DNA of 64,000 nt from Callorhinchus milii (GCF_018977255.1 NW_024704743.1:70496001-70560000); one strand, 5' to 3'. Positions 25,771 to 39,305 are shown, counted from the stretch's first letter. The notes: generated by a model from the letters alone, not told the origin. Translations and numbers: made by a program.

Positions 25771-27532
25771 AAGAGCAGCTTACTGTCTTTCTTTAAAATA
25801 GCAGCTACAGAGCAGATATTTATGTAGAAGTCTCTCTAATGTAATATCAAAAAGTGGATGTGAGAAGTAATGGATATCTGTGTTTATAATAGTTAGGTTT
25901 AATGGGAGCTTGCTCTACCTGTTAATAGCCCATGTAGCAACGATAAGTTAAATAGTAAGTTGGTCAGCCAAAGCACAAGGTTCTGCTTCCAGCAATCGAG
26001 AAACACCTTAACAACTCTTCTCTCTCCACCCAGCTTTTTGATCTCATTATTGTTTACAGGATGTTGCTCGTGCAAGTTAACATCTGTCGTTGCCTCCGTA
26101 ACAACGTTCCACTTAATTTCTAGTTGATCTCAATCTGTAAAGCACTTTGTGATTTTTTTTAGTCGCAAGGCATTTTACTAAGTAAGTCGTTGTTGTCAAT
26201 GGAAAAGCACAAGATGAGATTGTTGAGCTTTTGGGATAGATTGGTGAGATAAAATAACAGAAGCCGTCACTACACAACATATCCAGCTGAATGAGTGAAA
26301 CAACTAAGCACTAACTATTCTTTACATTAGGAGCAGTGCATTGAATTTTGAAACTCTCTAACCTTTTAAAAATTACCTGATGGTTTTTCAGTACATGAGA
26401 TTACAACTCAAGATTTTAATTTGACTTAAATGGTCATTGCCCAAGGCTCTGTTGCAGAAAGAGATTATGAATAAACAATCTTTGTATTATTACCATCACT
26501 TATTTTGATTACATTTTTTATTAAAAATCCTTTTATTAGAAATTGCTTAATAAGTCTTGGCCAAGGTACGAGTGCTGTTTGAAATAATTTTTTTGTTTAA
26601 ATGGTAGCTTTACGATCAACACCAATGAGAAATCGCCATAAATTATACTCTGTGAAATGGTGGAACCAGAGACGAGCAACATGACACCAGTACTGTCACT
26701 AGTGTTGACGCCCATCCAATAATGCATTTTGACCCACCTTAATGTTTACAAGCCATTAATAGAACATAGCAATGTAACAACATAGGGTTGGAATTTTTAA
26801 AATGAGTCCATTCTTGGTAATCCATTCCAAATTTCTGTAAGGTGATCCCCCCTGTCCCCTACCAACAGTCTCAATGCTAACATCCACGAAACTGGATTGG
26901 ATTTGACATCCAACTCATATATTTTGCTCACCAGGTAGCAGATCAGTAGCTTTTCCCTGTATCTGTTGGGAACACTCAGCAGGTCAGCCAGCATCTATGG
27001 AGAGAGGAAAGTGAGATAAAGTTTAATGTCAATGACATAGTGTGTTGTGAGCTGTAATCCAGCTTCAGTGATTTCATGCCTCAACCATTGTTCCTATTAG
27101 TTCCTTTCCGTCTGGAGATGATCATGACACCTCTCCAGCTCCACAATAGTATTTGAACAATTATCTAGTGGCATACATCAAAACACCCTATAGGAAGCAC
27201 AGCTTCCAGCACTGCACTTGAGCAATAACATGGACTATCTAGGTTCAAAGTCCTGACATAGAAACGGAATAAAATTATCTCCTTTTACAAATGCTGGTAC
27301 AAATCAAATCAGAGCAACAAATATCAACAGTGCTATTTCCATTTGAAGCCAACAACTTTAAAATTCAACCAAAGAGCAAACTGCAGGCATGAATTGCAAA
27401 AGGAAAAATAAGGGTAAGTTGCGTTTGTGAAAAAATAAACTGCTCATCTTTTGGAAGGGTGAAGTTTCGGCTGGCCAAATTGGCAGGTTGTGCAGCCATT
27501 GACTTCCTCCTTCATTGCATGCCAAATAATAA

Positions 27533-27827
27533 AATAATAATAATCCTTGCATTTGATATAGCGCTTTTCACGTCTTCTCGATGTCTCAAAGCGCTTCATA
27601 GAATAGACTGTAAAGCGAATTGACCGTATATTTGTGGGCGAAACACAGCAGCCAATTGCGCACAGCAGTGTCCCATAAACAGTCGTGGATTGAAAATGAC
27701 CAATTTATTATTGTTTTGTTTTGGAGGGATTATTATTAGGCGTGTGGAGTAAGGAAACTTGCCCAAGGTTTTGCCCTGTCTGGAAATGCAAGGCGAGTGC
27801 GCTAATCACTGAGCTACAGGACTCCAC
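27533..27827 (-). mobile_element. tRNA-Ala SINE (short) with B-box region deleted
   Basis: About 20 bp are missing between GGAA and TGCAAGGCGAG relative to other copies. Confidence 0.88.
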
Positions 27828-28763
27828 CAGTGCCGCCATCAGTATCTTAAAACCACGCCGAGATTACAACAAGATTAGGGTTAGCATATTCATTCTCATA
27901 ACTCAAGAAATTAGTTTGTGGTACCACATAGCTGTTGCTGGGTAAAGTGTTGTTGAGGTTTAATATGTGGGATTTCTTTATGGGATTCCTTAATCAGATT
28001 CCTGTAAATGGGGCTCCTTCTGATAATGAGAGTATGATATGCAAACCCTCTATTCCAATTAAACCACTTCCGAGGCAAACTTCCTACATTTTAACAGGAT
28101 TCTTACAGATTCCTGTTGAGAAATACCGCAATTCGGACCCCAATATTTTGTTGCTGACATATACGTTCCAATTGCTTGAGTGAGAGAGTTCTGTATTGTT
28201 GCTTTTATACCATGATAGAGGTTTATAGGCCTGTACAGCTTTTTGCAATCAGCTTGCTCTCCGAGCACAGCATCACTACTTCAATGTTAACCTGCAAAAG
28301 ATAGTCAAAGCACACGGGAGGTTCATGTTGCAAAATAATTTTGAATATGTTTACAGTAAAAATAAACAACAAACAGGAGGCAAATATGATAAATGACTCC
28401 TAAGTATTCATTTTGGCTTCCAGTTGAAAGAAACTGAATAAAATTATCTCTTTTTACAAATGCTGGTACAAATCATATTTCGTTGCCAAGAGATTCAGAT
28501 TATATTGAGCATCTACTGAAAGTCGGTATGCTGCTTATTTGCTTTGCTGAGGTTTGTATATTTTCTTTTTCTTTAAAGTTTCTGAATACGATTTTTGACT
28601 TTGGTCCATTGCCACTTAAAATTCAGCAATCCATACCTGAATTTGTGGACTTTACCACTGTTACCACAAACCTATTGCCTTGTTCAGATATAGTAGAGCC
28701 CTGCAGCTTTACCAATTCGGATTGATCCCATTTCAGATATAAAAATTGCTTGGATATTATGTG

Positions 28764-29138
28764 TCAGCCTGGCTCAGTTGCTAGCATTCTCATCTCTTAA
28801 CCAGAAGGTTGTGCTTCAAGCCTCATGTCAGAACTTTGAACCCACATGATCTATACTGTTGCTCCAGTGCAGTGCTGGAGAGTGCTGGATGTCAGAGATG
28901 CCGTGCCGTGTGGATGTTAAGGTACTATTGAAAAAGTGAAGGGAATTTCTCCCGGTTTCCCCAAATAAAATTTGTCACTCCATTCACTCCATGGCTGTTT
29001 ATGGGGCACTATTGTATGAAAATTGGGCTTCACCACAAAATACACATAGTTACATCAATTTACAGTAAATTCTGTGAAGTCCTTTGAGCTGTCTCAATGG
29101 CATGTAAGTTGCTGTATCAAATGCAAGGATTATTATCA
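28764..29138 (+). mobile_element. DeuSINE-type SINE, internally deleted
   Basis: Head TCAGCCTGGCTCAGTTGCTAGCATTCTC and tail ATCAAATGCAAGGATTATT. Confidence 0.75.
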
Positions 29139-29854
29139 TGTAATCTCACAACCATCTCTAATTCAACCAGAATAACAACTCATGCAGTGCTCACCACTAC
29201 CGTAAAAATACACGCAAGACAGTAAAATAAAAATTTAATGGCTCACATTTCATAATAGATTCAATGTGATAATTCTATGATTCTAATTCACATTGAATCT
29301 GTTATGAAATTATGTAAATTCCATACGATTAGGTGTTAAATACTATAAACAAGAACTGAATGTTGTTTCTGTGATTCAATACATAGGGAAGAACTATAAC
29401 AAGAGCTGAATATTCACTATATTGTACAGGATATACTGTTCAGCATACTCCTGAATTTGCACTTACTAAATCATGTTGCCACCCAATCACTATGCATATA
29501 CTCAAAATATCCGACCCGCTAAGTTAAAATATGAATGTGCTTTGGATACACACAGGCACAGAGGAAATTCTCAGGTATGTCAGAAAAATTACATCACTTG
29601 AGTGTTTTTCAAAACATCTTACCTTCTGAAAGTTTCCAAACTGACATTAGGACAGGTTTACAATTTGCTAACAAAATCTTGGAGATCTCAATGACATGGC
29701 ATGCATTTAGTTGTCTGATGTGTGGATATCAAATCATATCCATTCATAAACACACAATGTATATTTTTGCAGGTTGACTTCTTGCTGTCACTTAGGTAAC
29801 AATACTAGCACTCTCACACCAGGCAGAGTTCAATTCCCAGTGTTAGAACTGAGG

Positions 29855-30100
29855 TCACGAAGCATTTCTTCATACAGAGGGTTATGAAGATGTTCATAGC
29901 TCCATCCGGAAAACTAGCTGTAGAGGAAGAATTAACAGGATGTTTAAAAGAGAGATAAATACCTGTGAACTAGAGGTATTGCATGGTATAATAAAAATAT
30001 GGGGTATTAGTATGAAAATATGTGACAGATTCTAATACACCAGTGGAACAGGCTCATGGGGTGAATTAGCTCCTCTTGTTCTTGTCTATAATCCTATGTT
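29855..30100 (+). mobile_element. CR1 3' fragment, old
   Basis: CATTTCTTCATACAGAGGGTT..GGAACAGGCTCATGGGGTGAATTAGCTCCTCTTGTTC..CCTATGTT. Confidence 0.6.
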
Positions 30101-30899
30101 ATAAGCAAGAAGCCTTTAAAAATCATGAACCAAATTTTATAACTTTCTAATTAACTTAAGGGATTCTGCCCCAGATTCAGCTTACCTAAACATAAAATGT
30201 TACTAAATATAAGCACCTTAAAAGATTTGATTGAACTGAATAGCATATTATTTTTAGAAAACTAAAGAAATAGGTTTGCATTTTCCACAAATGATTCATG
30301 CATTAATATTGTGAATATTACAATATTATTACTATTTTACTTGATTTGTTGTGCTGATAAGAATTTCCTTGTTTAATCAAATTCTACATTCCATTCAACT
30401 AAGTAGAAGAAAGATTTTGTTGTGCAGGTTAGCTTCACATTCCTTGGTGATATAATAGTGCATTAAAACCTGATAGAATTCATCTTTGAAGCTGCTGCAC
30501 TTACAGAAAAGTGAAACACTGGGAGCATGATTACAACGGACAAAGTAAAAGAGCATATATGCAAAAATTATTAACCATAACTAATGATCACATGAATGAT
30601 TCACAACCCCAAACAATTATAGAGATCTGCTACAGGCACAGACCTGTCAGTTTTACATCTTCACTACCTGGATAAGTATTTTTTAAATTAAACATTCCTT
30701 GTTCATTTCCTTCTGTAATAGTTGCAGTTGTTGAAATTAAATAACTCATTTTACTTTTTTTCCCTCATTTTCATATTATTTCACTTCCTCACGGTGTGCA
30801 AAAAGGTTGAAGTGACGAATCATAATTTTAAAGCTTTTTTATTGAGAAGAAAATGTCAAAGGTACTCTGGCCTTTTTGTCTACTCTTATTTGAAGTTGC

Positions 30900-31680
30900 A
30901 CTCTCTTGCTGGTGGGAGAGAGAAAGATTCAGAAGAGTCATGTGTCACTCATACCACAATGACATTGCTGCAATGTAATGATGGGATTCAGTAGAACTTG
31001 TGCTATTGCATCAAAAGTTTGCCAAACACGTTTGAACAAAGACTGTGTCCCTTCAAATGTCACCTGTCAAGTTGGTTTCCTTGGGATTCCATTTTGTGTA
31101 GGTATTTTTTGTGTTGCCCGGCTACCATTAGCTGTAGTAGGAGAAAAGTCTATGCCCATTGTAAAGAACCAGTTCCTCAAAGATTCTTCTAATTGGATTA
31201 AACATTGTTGGCATTTCAATGATGGGCATTCAAGCACCCTGTTGATATGCTTGCAATTGAAGTCGTGGAACAGCTGGATATCAGTTGCCCCTGACACTCC
31301 GCACAAGATGCATCCCATTCTGTGGAGAGCTGGCAGGGTCACACATTGAGAAGTGGAACAGATTGGCTCTATTACCACCCGCTCAGATGCACGATCTGGC
31401 CCATGTGTTCAAAGGTTTCTTTATTGGTCAGCTGGGCGCATGACATATCTGGAAACTCTCCTTAAGAGTAACCCAACCACATTGAGAGTTCCACATATGT
31501 ATACCACCTGTCTGGCAAGCTTCCAGCTGCTTGTCTAATTTGGATCACTCTACTGACTGGGGCTTTTGCTTGTAGTATGATCAGGAGTTGATGGGAAGGA
31601 TCCTTGCTCCCCATGACCTGTCTGCCCCTCCAGTCCTGCTGATAAATGAGACAGGCTGGCCCAAGCTGGAATCCCTAAAT
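30900..31680 (-). mobile_element. Highly degenerate RTE-clade LINE relic (linker and start of RT)
   Basis: Multi-frame remnants HINRVLECPS, GNQLDR*HLKGHSLCSNVFGKLL and AQVLLNPI..QCHCG resemble RTE motifs HFNSVLNRPS, KGDR.DC.NYRGISLLS..GK and ARVLLNRL..SQCGFR; 31460-31492 resembles 47617-47648. Confidence 0.5.
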
Positions 31681-31845
31681 TCCAATTAGCAGTGTTTTTT
31701 TTGCAGCTCATGAATTATCTTTCTTGATAATCTTAGTGCAATGTTACTATTTCAGAAATCTTGTAAGTTCATTGTTACACATTTGAGGATCTGATCATGA
31801 GTGCAGTGATCACTTTTTTCTCGCTTTGGACTAAAACACAAGACC

Positions 31846-32560
31846 AAAAACAGAAGTGGATGGGAGCAGATAAATGAGGTGCTGTTCCTCGAGCTTGCGC
31901 TTTGGCTCATACTGCATTCTCTGCTCACGATGTGGTCTCCTCTACATTGGGGAGACGAAATGCAGATTAGGTGACCGATTTGCTAAACACCTCCGTTCTG
32001 TCCGCAAGCACAACTCTGAGCTTCGGGTTTCTTGCCACTTCAAGTCTCCCTTCCACTCGCACTCTGACCTCTCCATCCACGGTCTCCTACACTATTCCAA
32101 TGAACCACAGCGCAAGCTCGAGGAACAGACCTCATTTATCTGCAAGGGACCTTACAGCCATCTGACCTCAATGTTGATTTCAACAATTTTAGACCATAAC
32201 AGCTCACCTTCTCCCTCTTTTGTGACCATTACCACATCATCTGGGTCCCAGACACCCCTTTTCTCTCTCTGGTCTGTCTGTTTTGTTGCCAGTTCCCTCC
32301 CACTTTGTTTTGCATCATTAACACCTCTTTAACCCATCATCCCCTGTCCTCTACCCCATTTTCACCTTTGTCTTCCTTACCCTGCTTCCCCCCTCTCTCT
32401 GTTAGCCATTAAAAGCCTCTCCCTCCCAACATGCCCCAGTTCTGATGGGTCATGGACCCAAAGCATTGACCCACTTTCTTTCTCCATAGATGCTGCCTAA
32501 TCTGCTGAGTGTTCCCAGCCACTTCTGTTTTTGTTTCAGATTTCCAGCATTTGCAGTATA
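31846..32560 (+). mobile_element. Penelope-like element fragment: inverted 5' piece, GIY-YIG endonuclease remnant and pseudo-LTR
   Basis: YCILCSRCGLLYIGETKCRLGDRFAKHLRSV..HF..RKLEEQ; terminal TCTGATG..AGATGCTGCCTAATCTGCTGAG..CCAGC segment. Confidence 0.88.
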
Positions 32561-32562
32561 AG

Positions 32563-32910
32563 AATAATAATCCTTGCATTTTGATATAGCGCTTTTCAAG
32601 TTTTTTTTAGATGTCTCAAAGTGCTTCACAGAAAATACTGTAAAGTGAATTGACTGTATATTTGTGGGTGAAACACGGCAGCCAATTGTGCACAGTAGTG
32701 TCCCACAAATAGTCATGGATTGAAGCGCCTTGGGACGTCCTCCTGACGTGAAAGGCGCTTTATAAATGGAATCTTGTTGTTGTTGTTGTTGTTGAAGTGA
32801 CCAATTTATTATTGTTTTTGTTCTTGAGGGATTATTACTAGGCATATGGAGTAAGGAAACTTGCTCCAAGTAAGGAATAAGGAAACAGGAGTAAGGAAAT
32901 AGGACTCCAC
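32563..32910 (-). mobile_element. tRNA-Ala SINE with a ~70-bp L2 tail insertion (32723-32793, + strand) and a collapsed head
   Basis: The SINE body is interrupted by AGCGCCTTGGGACGTCC...(TTG)n. Confidence 0.88.
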
Positions 32911-34299
32911 ATGTTGTGTTTTGTTAACACAAGACCAGACAGGGGATCACTAACAGTCTCCAACTATAATGTACTCTTTTCAATATCACACTACCTATAG
33001 AACTGGCTCTTCCATGACCCCAAGCCATTCAGAAAATAGTCAGCAAATAGGGGATTAGCCCCTTTTATTCAGACATCCGGTGTCTGACACCTGAAACAGT
33101 ACCTTTTTTTTCCCAGAGGAACTAATGACAACCAGCCAAGTCAACAATAGTTTAATGGTGCAGTGTTTGTGCAGCAGAAATAACACAAATCAGGTTTTAC
33201 TAGTTGTGGCCAGCACACAATTAATTAATGAGAATGTTTTTTATTCAATGATTGACATCACTTTACGAACCAGGGAAGTAAAATGGGTGTTGCCTAGTTA
33301 CAGTGTGAAAATATTTAACTTTTTATTTGACCAGACATGCTGCAACTTGGCAGCTGAGAGCACTGACTAGTATCTGGTGACCTTGAAACCAAAGAATCTA
33401 AAATCTTTTGAGAGGCTGAGACCACAAGCATTTATATGTGTGCAGTGACAACTTAATAAGGCACACACCACAAAGCAAATAAGGAAATTGCAATAATTGA
33501 GGGTAATCAAACGAATTGACATCTCTTGAAAAAAAATCTATTCTCATGTTTTGCATCCATCTACTATCACATTTGTCATCATTTGCCCAGAACATTCAAC
33601 TCTAATCAGTAATAAGTAGTTCTTTTTTGCTTATTCTACAAAATCTATTTTTTATTTTTCTCTCTTTGACTTTTTCTCCCTCCATTATCCTTCATCAAGT
33701 TTCATATCATCAGAGTAGTTAAAGTTACGATGTTTTCAACAACACGTTTATATGGTAATTTTCACATAAAAGAGATGTTTGCAAAACTGTTCAAAACAGC
33801 AGATTAATTTGAAATATCCAGCACAATTTGCACTTATATAACGCCTTTCATGTTAGGTGGACATCCCAAAGTACTTAACAGTACTGTCTGGGCACCTGAG
33901 CTGGGAGTGGTTGGCGAGTGGGATGGGAGAGAAAAGATGAACGAAAGCACGATCAAAGAGGTAGGACTTGAGATGGATCTTGAACAACATGTAGGAATAA
34001 TTCGGATACACTCCGGGATGGAGTCCAAAAATTGTGGCCAGATAAGCTGAAAGCCTGCAAATATACAGTCAATTCACTTTACAGTATATTCTGTGAAGCG
34101 CTTTGAGACATCTCGAAGATGTGAGATAAGGCACTATATCAAATGCAAGGATTATTATTATTGTAAAGCCCACCCGGTGATGGTGGGGAAAGTAGGGCAG
34201 GGACATGAAGTAGACTCGTGCCTGCTATCCCACTAGTTAGTTACTTGCATTATTTAAAATACCGCAATCAAATCCCTCCACAAACCTCCTGTGCCCTAG

Positions 34300-34535
34300 T
34301 CTGGAACTCCATCCCACGGTCCCTTCGCCTCGCTTCCTCCCTTGCCTCCTTCAAAGCCAGTCTCAAGACCCTTCTCTTCAATCGTGCCTTTGGTCGCCCT
34401 CCCAACTCTCTGCCTTCCCTCACCCCTAAACCACCCCTCCCCCATGTTCGGATCCCAACACCTGACTGTTCAGGGCTTTGGGACGTCCTCCCGACGTGAA
34501 AGACGCTCTATAAATGTAATTTTGTTGTTGTTGTA
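34300..34535 (+). mobile_element. L2 3' fragment
   Basis: WNSIP..FKASLKTLLFNRAF, the 3' stem-loop and a (TTG)n tail. Confidence 0.88.
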
Positions 34536-34674
34536 GTTGCCCTAGGCTATCCAGCTTCTCATCACAGCTATGCCTCTTCTGCCTATGTATTTGATCTAGT
34601 CAATATCTTCTGGACACACTCCAAAGCTAGTACATCCTTCTTGAGATTGAGTACCTAATCAATGATTCCAAGCA

Positions 34675-35100
34675 ATAATAATCCTTATATTTGTCATATT
34701 ATTTAAAAGTATCTCAAAGCACTTCATGGTAATTACCATTAAGTGAAGTGACTGTATTTTGCAGGCAAACATGGCCAGCAGTTTCTGCAGTAATGACCCA
34801 CAAAGAGCCAGGCAGTGAATGATCAATATTATCTGTAGGATTTGTGGCCAGAGCGCCGGGATGAGCACTTCTCTCATCAAATAATGCCATGAGATCTATA
34901 AGGTCCTCCCGAACAGGCAGTTGGGACCTCGGTTTAACATCTCATCTGAAGTATGGCATTTCTGACAATGTCACTCTCCTTTCTCACTACACTGGAGTGT
35001 CAGCCCAGACCATGAGCTCAAAGTCCCTGATCCAGAACTTGAATCCACAACCCTCCAACTCACTCAGAGGCAAGAGTGCTGTCAATTGAGCCAGGCTGAA
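34675..35100 (-). mobile_element. DeuSINE-type SINE
   Basis: Core CTCGGTTTAACATCTCATCTGAAG; head ends ..GAGCCAGGCTGA. Confidence 0.78.
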
Positions 35101-38100
35101 AACATAATAAGACAATGCCATCACAAGGTGAACCGAAACTGACATGGATTTGCCAGTCTGGGTAGGAACATTGGAATGGTTCACAGGATTACAGTCTAAC
35201 TAGATTATTATTAGTTGAGTTAAATTAATATGCCGCTATCTGGGACTCCAATACTGCAGCCAAACCAGAGTAGGAGGTCCAGTGGCTGCCACAGACTGGC
35301 TTCAGGCCTGACCATTGTAATTAGTCAGGATAGGTGGTCACATATACAGTCAGTCCATCCATCAACTGGGCTTATTTATCAACAATACATTAGTTATCAC
35401 CTGTGGTAATTGACACAGAGCAGGTCACAACTTTCAGCCCTAAATACATATTGAAATACAGATTGGTTTAAATCAACATTGTAAACTTAACGTTAACATT
35501 TGTTGAATTTTTCTGTTTTTATTAATTGTTGTTTTACATTTCTACATTCAAATTTGGTTTAAATATCCAATATACAGTTTGTTACAGCACAAATATTCCT
35601 TAATAGTTGTTTTAGAAAAGCTCTTTGGTGCCGGCAACTGGGAAATAATCTTGTTGTCGTATGACTGTGTATGTGCTGCAATACAACCAATTGTCCCCAA
35701 GAGTTCAGTGCTGACTCAAAGTTCCTTCATTCTGTTATTATAATATTACTTTCATGTTATCAGTTGTATTATAGAGAGAAAACTCCAGATATTAGCTGGA
35801 CTCATGAGACCCCCGCCCTCCTCCTAACTTTCCCTGTTGGAGAATACTTGATTGAATCCACAAAATGAAAGAGTTGAGGAATAGAAGTACAGTACACTGA
35901 ATCAGACTTTAGGCCTGTTAGAAATGCCAACGTATGAATAGATAACTGATGAAAATTGGATCAGGATTGATTTAATCAGGTTCAAGCCCTAACAAAATGT
36001 TATGGTGCAGCCAGCCAGCACTGCTGTTAAGGATAGATAATTTGATGCTGCACCATCACTTGACAAAGTTTTACATTTCTACATTAAAATTGTAAATTGG
36101 ATATTTAAAACAAATTTTAATGTAGAAATGTAAAACTTTTGCCATCCTTTCTGGTAGCTGTATTAAACTGCTTGTCATTTTGAGATTTCACCATACCTGT
36201 GATCATCAAACTGGTCTTATTCACTGAATTACTTTGAAATATACAGAGTATGCAGATTACTGTATTCTGCATGTTGCAAGACTAAGGTAATTTGTAAAGT
36301 TTCTCTTCCTGTTCAATGATACCAGAAGTGTGTAGGCTGTGCTAAACGTGTTACAATGCAGAGTGGTCAGATGAGTGTGCATTTATCTACATCAGATTTT
36401 ACATTTACTGGAAGTCAGCATATCAAATGCAATCTATACCAACAGTCATTCTTGAATGGCATTTTCCTAAGTGTACACATGCAGCTCATTGATCTTTAGC
36501 ATATTTAATATATAACAGTTAAAATTCTTTAGAAAAGGTTCTTTGATGTCAAAGCTTTCGGGGTGTGATATTAAATATGTATCTTTTTTAATATAATGAA
36601 AACCTAGGAAATATACAGATTGGGAGATGACACGGTGCAATAGATAATAATTGTTATCAAAACGTAGGTCTAAAATTCTGTTACGTTTTATCTATTAAGA
36701 CCATTTTGTCCTAAAATTCAAGACTGCAAAAAATTGTGGAAAATTCTTACATTCAGTCCTAAATTAGAAGCTGATTTTCCACAGCTTTTAAAAAGAACCT
36801 GCTACTAAATCAATGCTGAGTTGAAGCATTTTCTACAATTATCAGCATCTTAAACTCCGTCACAATGTGATCATCCAGGTTGAGATTAGTGGAATTTCAG
36901 GCTTGTATAACTTACTGTGAACACAGAACTGGAGTGTAGAATACTGATACAGAATTGTGAGATTAGAGTATAGCAAACAATTCTTGTGGAGGTCCTAGCA
37001 ACAGGTTACTGTTAATCAGACGAATAACTTAAAATGATAATAACATTTCTTGCATTAAATATATCATTTTATCATGTCATCGAGACATCTTAAAACGTTT
37101 CTCAAGATTTTACTGTGAAGTGTAGTGACTGTAGTTGTAGGCAAACATGGCAGCCAATTTGCACACAGCAATGTCCAACAGAGAGTCACGAAGTGAATGA
37201 CTAATTATATCTGGGGGATGTTGGTCAGGACACCAGGAGAAACTTCCTTCTCTTTTAGAATAACCCCATGGGATCTTGAACGGCCATCTGAACAAGGAAA
37301 CGGCCTCGGTTTAATGTCTCATCCAAAGTATTATAAATGATTCCCAACAAAATAAGTGGAGAAGCTCCTTCCGACCCATTTGCAAAGTCCAGGATCAAGC
37401 AGTGAAGTGGATTTATGCCAAACACATGAAGTGGCTGCAGGGAGGGAGGGCTCCGGCCTATACTGACCTGTTGCTGAACACCTGAAGGAAAAGTCAGCTT
37501 CACAGCCTGCAAGTATATTTGCCAAGGCCCCTCACAATGAGGACCTGGATTAAACAGATGGTGCTGAGTAAGCCTGGTACGCAGCATGGGACTTGGATCT
37601 TGATAACATCAAGGTGGCTAGCACATCACCAAGGTCCTCACATCAGCTGGAAGGCACATGTGGAGTCCTGTAGCTCAGTGGTTAGAGCACTCGCCTCGCA
37701 AGCGAGACCTACCAAGACCTACCTTACATCCCCCAACTTCAACACAATGTTTGAGCTGAAAGCTGACATGGACTTGCCACCCTGTAGATTCTATGTTCCT
37801 TCTAGACTTTAGGAAGCTTCATTCTAGATTGTAGTTTCTACTGATTCTAGTTGCAAATTAGATTAGAGATTAGGATATTTTGTGCCACAAATTATGGGTA
37901 TGTAGACCAGATTCCCCCCAAAAAACTGTTAGCATGTTTTACAGATGTACTCCTTCAAAAAGACCTGGATGAATATTTGGTTGCTAATAGGATTAAGGGA
38001 TACAGGGATAAGCAGAGCCAGAAATAATTTTAAAAAATCCATGAAATTATCCAGTTTCTGTTCTGGGACCAACAAACTGTCAGCTGTGGAAAGATGACAA

Positions 38101-38919
38101 ACAACCATTGTAAAATGGAAGACAATGTAGTGATGTAGGAAGTCAAGTTCTCAATGTAGCAGAAAGACCTGAGGACTGTCGAATGATTTATGACATACAA
38201 TTATATAATTACAATACAATTTACATTTATGGAACACGTTTCATAAAAGGAACACGTCTCAAAGTACTTGATACTGCTGCTTGGACACCCAAGATGGGGG
38301 AGCCGAAGGGAATGATGAGGAGAAAAATGACTAAAAGTGCAGTTACACAGTATGTCTTGAGGTGGGATTCAGGGCTTAGCAAAGAAAAAGCAGACTTTTA
38401 TCTAATAATAGGCTACAATCCAGCACACACGTTTTCCAAAAGAATGTGGCACCAATGATACAAGAAAGGTAAATACAGTGTTCTACTATGTGGAACGTAG
38501 GCCTGATATTCTCGAGTTCTTGGTCTATCACTTCAAATCTGATCATCTCTAATAATAATAATCCTTGCATTTGATATAGCACTTTTCATGTCTTCTAGAC
38601 ATCTCAAACCGCTTCACAGAATAGACTGTAAAGTAAATTGACTATATTTGTGGGCGAAATGGGGCAGCCAATTGCACACAGCAGCGTCCCAGCCAGTCGT
38701 GGATTGAAATGACCAATTTTTTTTGAGGGATTATTATCAGGCCTGTCAATTTTGGGGGGATCTGTGTCAATTTTTTTAAAAAAAGTCCTTGCATTTGATG
38801 AACTGCCTATAAAATCAAAAGATCTCAAAGCGATTCAAAAGTTATTGTTGTCAAGTGTAATGCCTGTGTATTTGCAGGCAAAATTACCAACCAATTTCCA
38901 CTCTGCAAGGTCCTACAAA

Positions 38920-39210
38920 CAACAATAACAACAACTTGCATTTATATAGAGCTCTTCACGTGCGATAATGTCCTGGAGTGCTTGATAGTGACGGAGTCTA
39001 ATCCCGAGCGAGGGGGAGAGAGAGGGGGGAAGTGACCGTAAGCACAATCAAAAGAAAGGCATTTAGGTGGGATTTGAAAGTGGGGAGGGAGGGGGCAAGG
39101 CAGAGCGATTGAGGGAGAGAGTTCCACAGTTTCGGGGCGTAGTGACTGAAGGAACGGCCACCGAGGGTGGAGCATAGGGGACAAGGGATGAACAGGAGGC
39201 AACTAGAAAG
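38920..39210 (-). mobile_element. L2 3' fragment (older subfamily)
   Basis: Tail AACAACAACTTGCATTTATATAG and a purine-rich body with GAGAGTTCCACAG. Confidence 0.75.
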
Positions 39211-39305
39211 TGAATGAGAACTGTCTGCTAGGAAACTTTCAGTGTTTTGGAATGTTTAGCATCTTGGAATGTAAGAAGAGAAAGAAGTTATTCAGGCCAT
39301 CAAGA

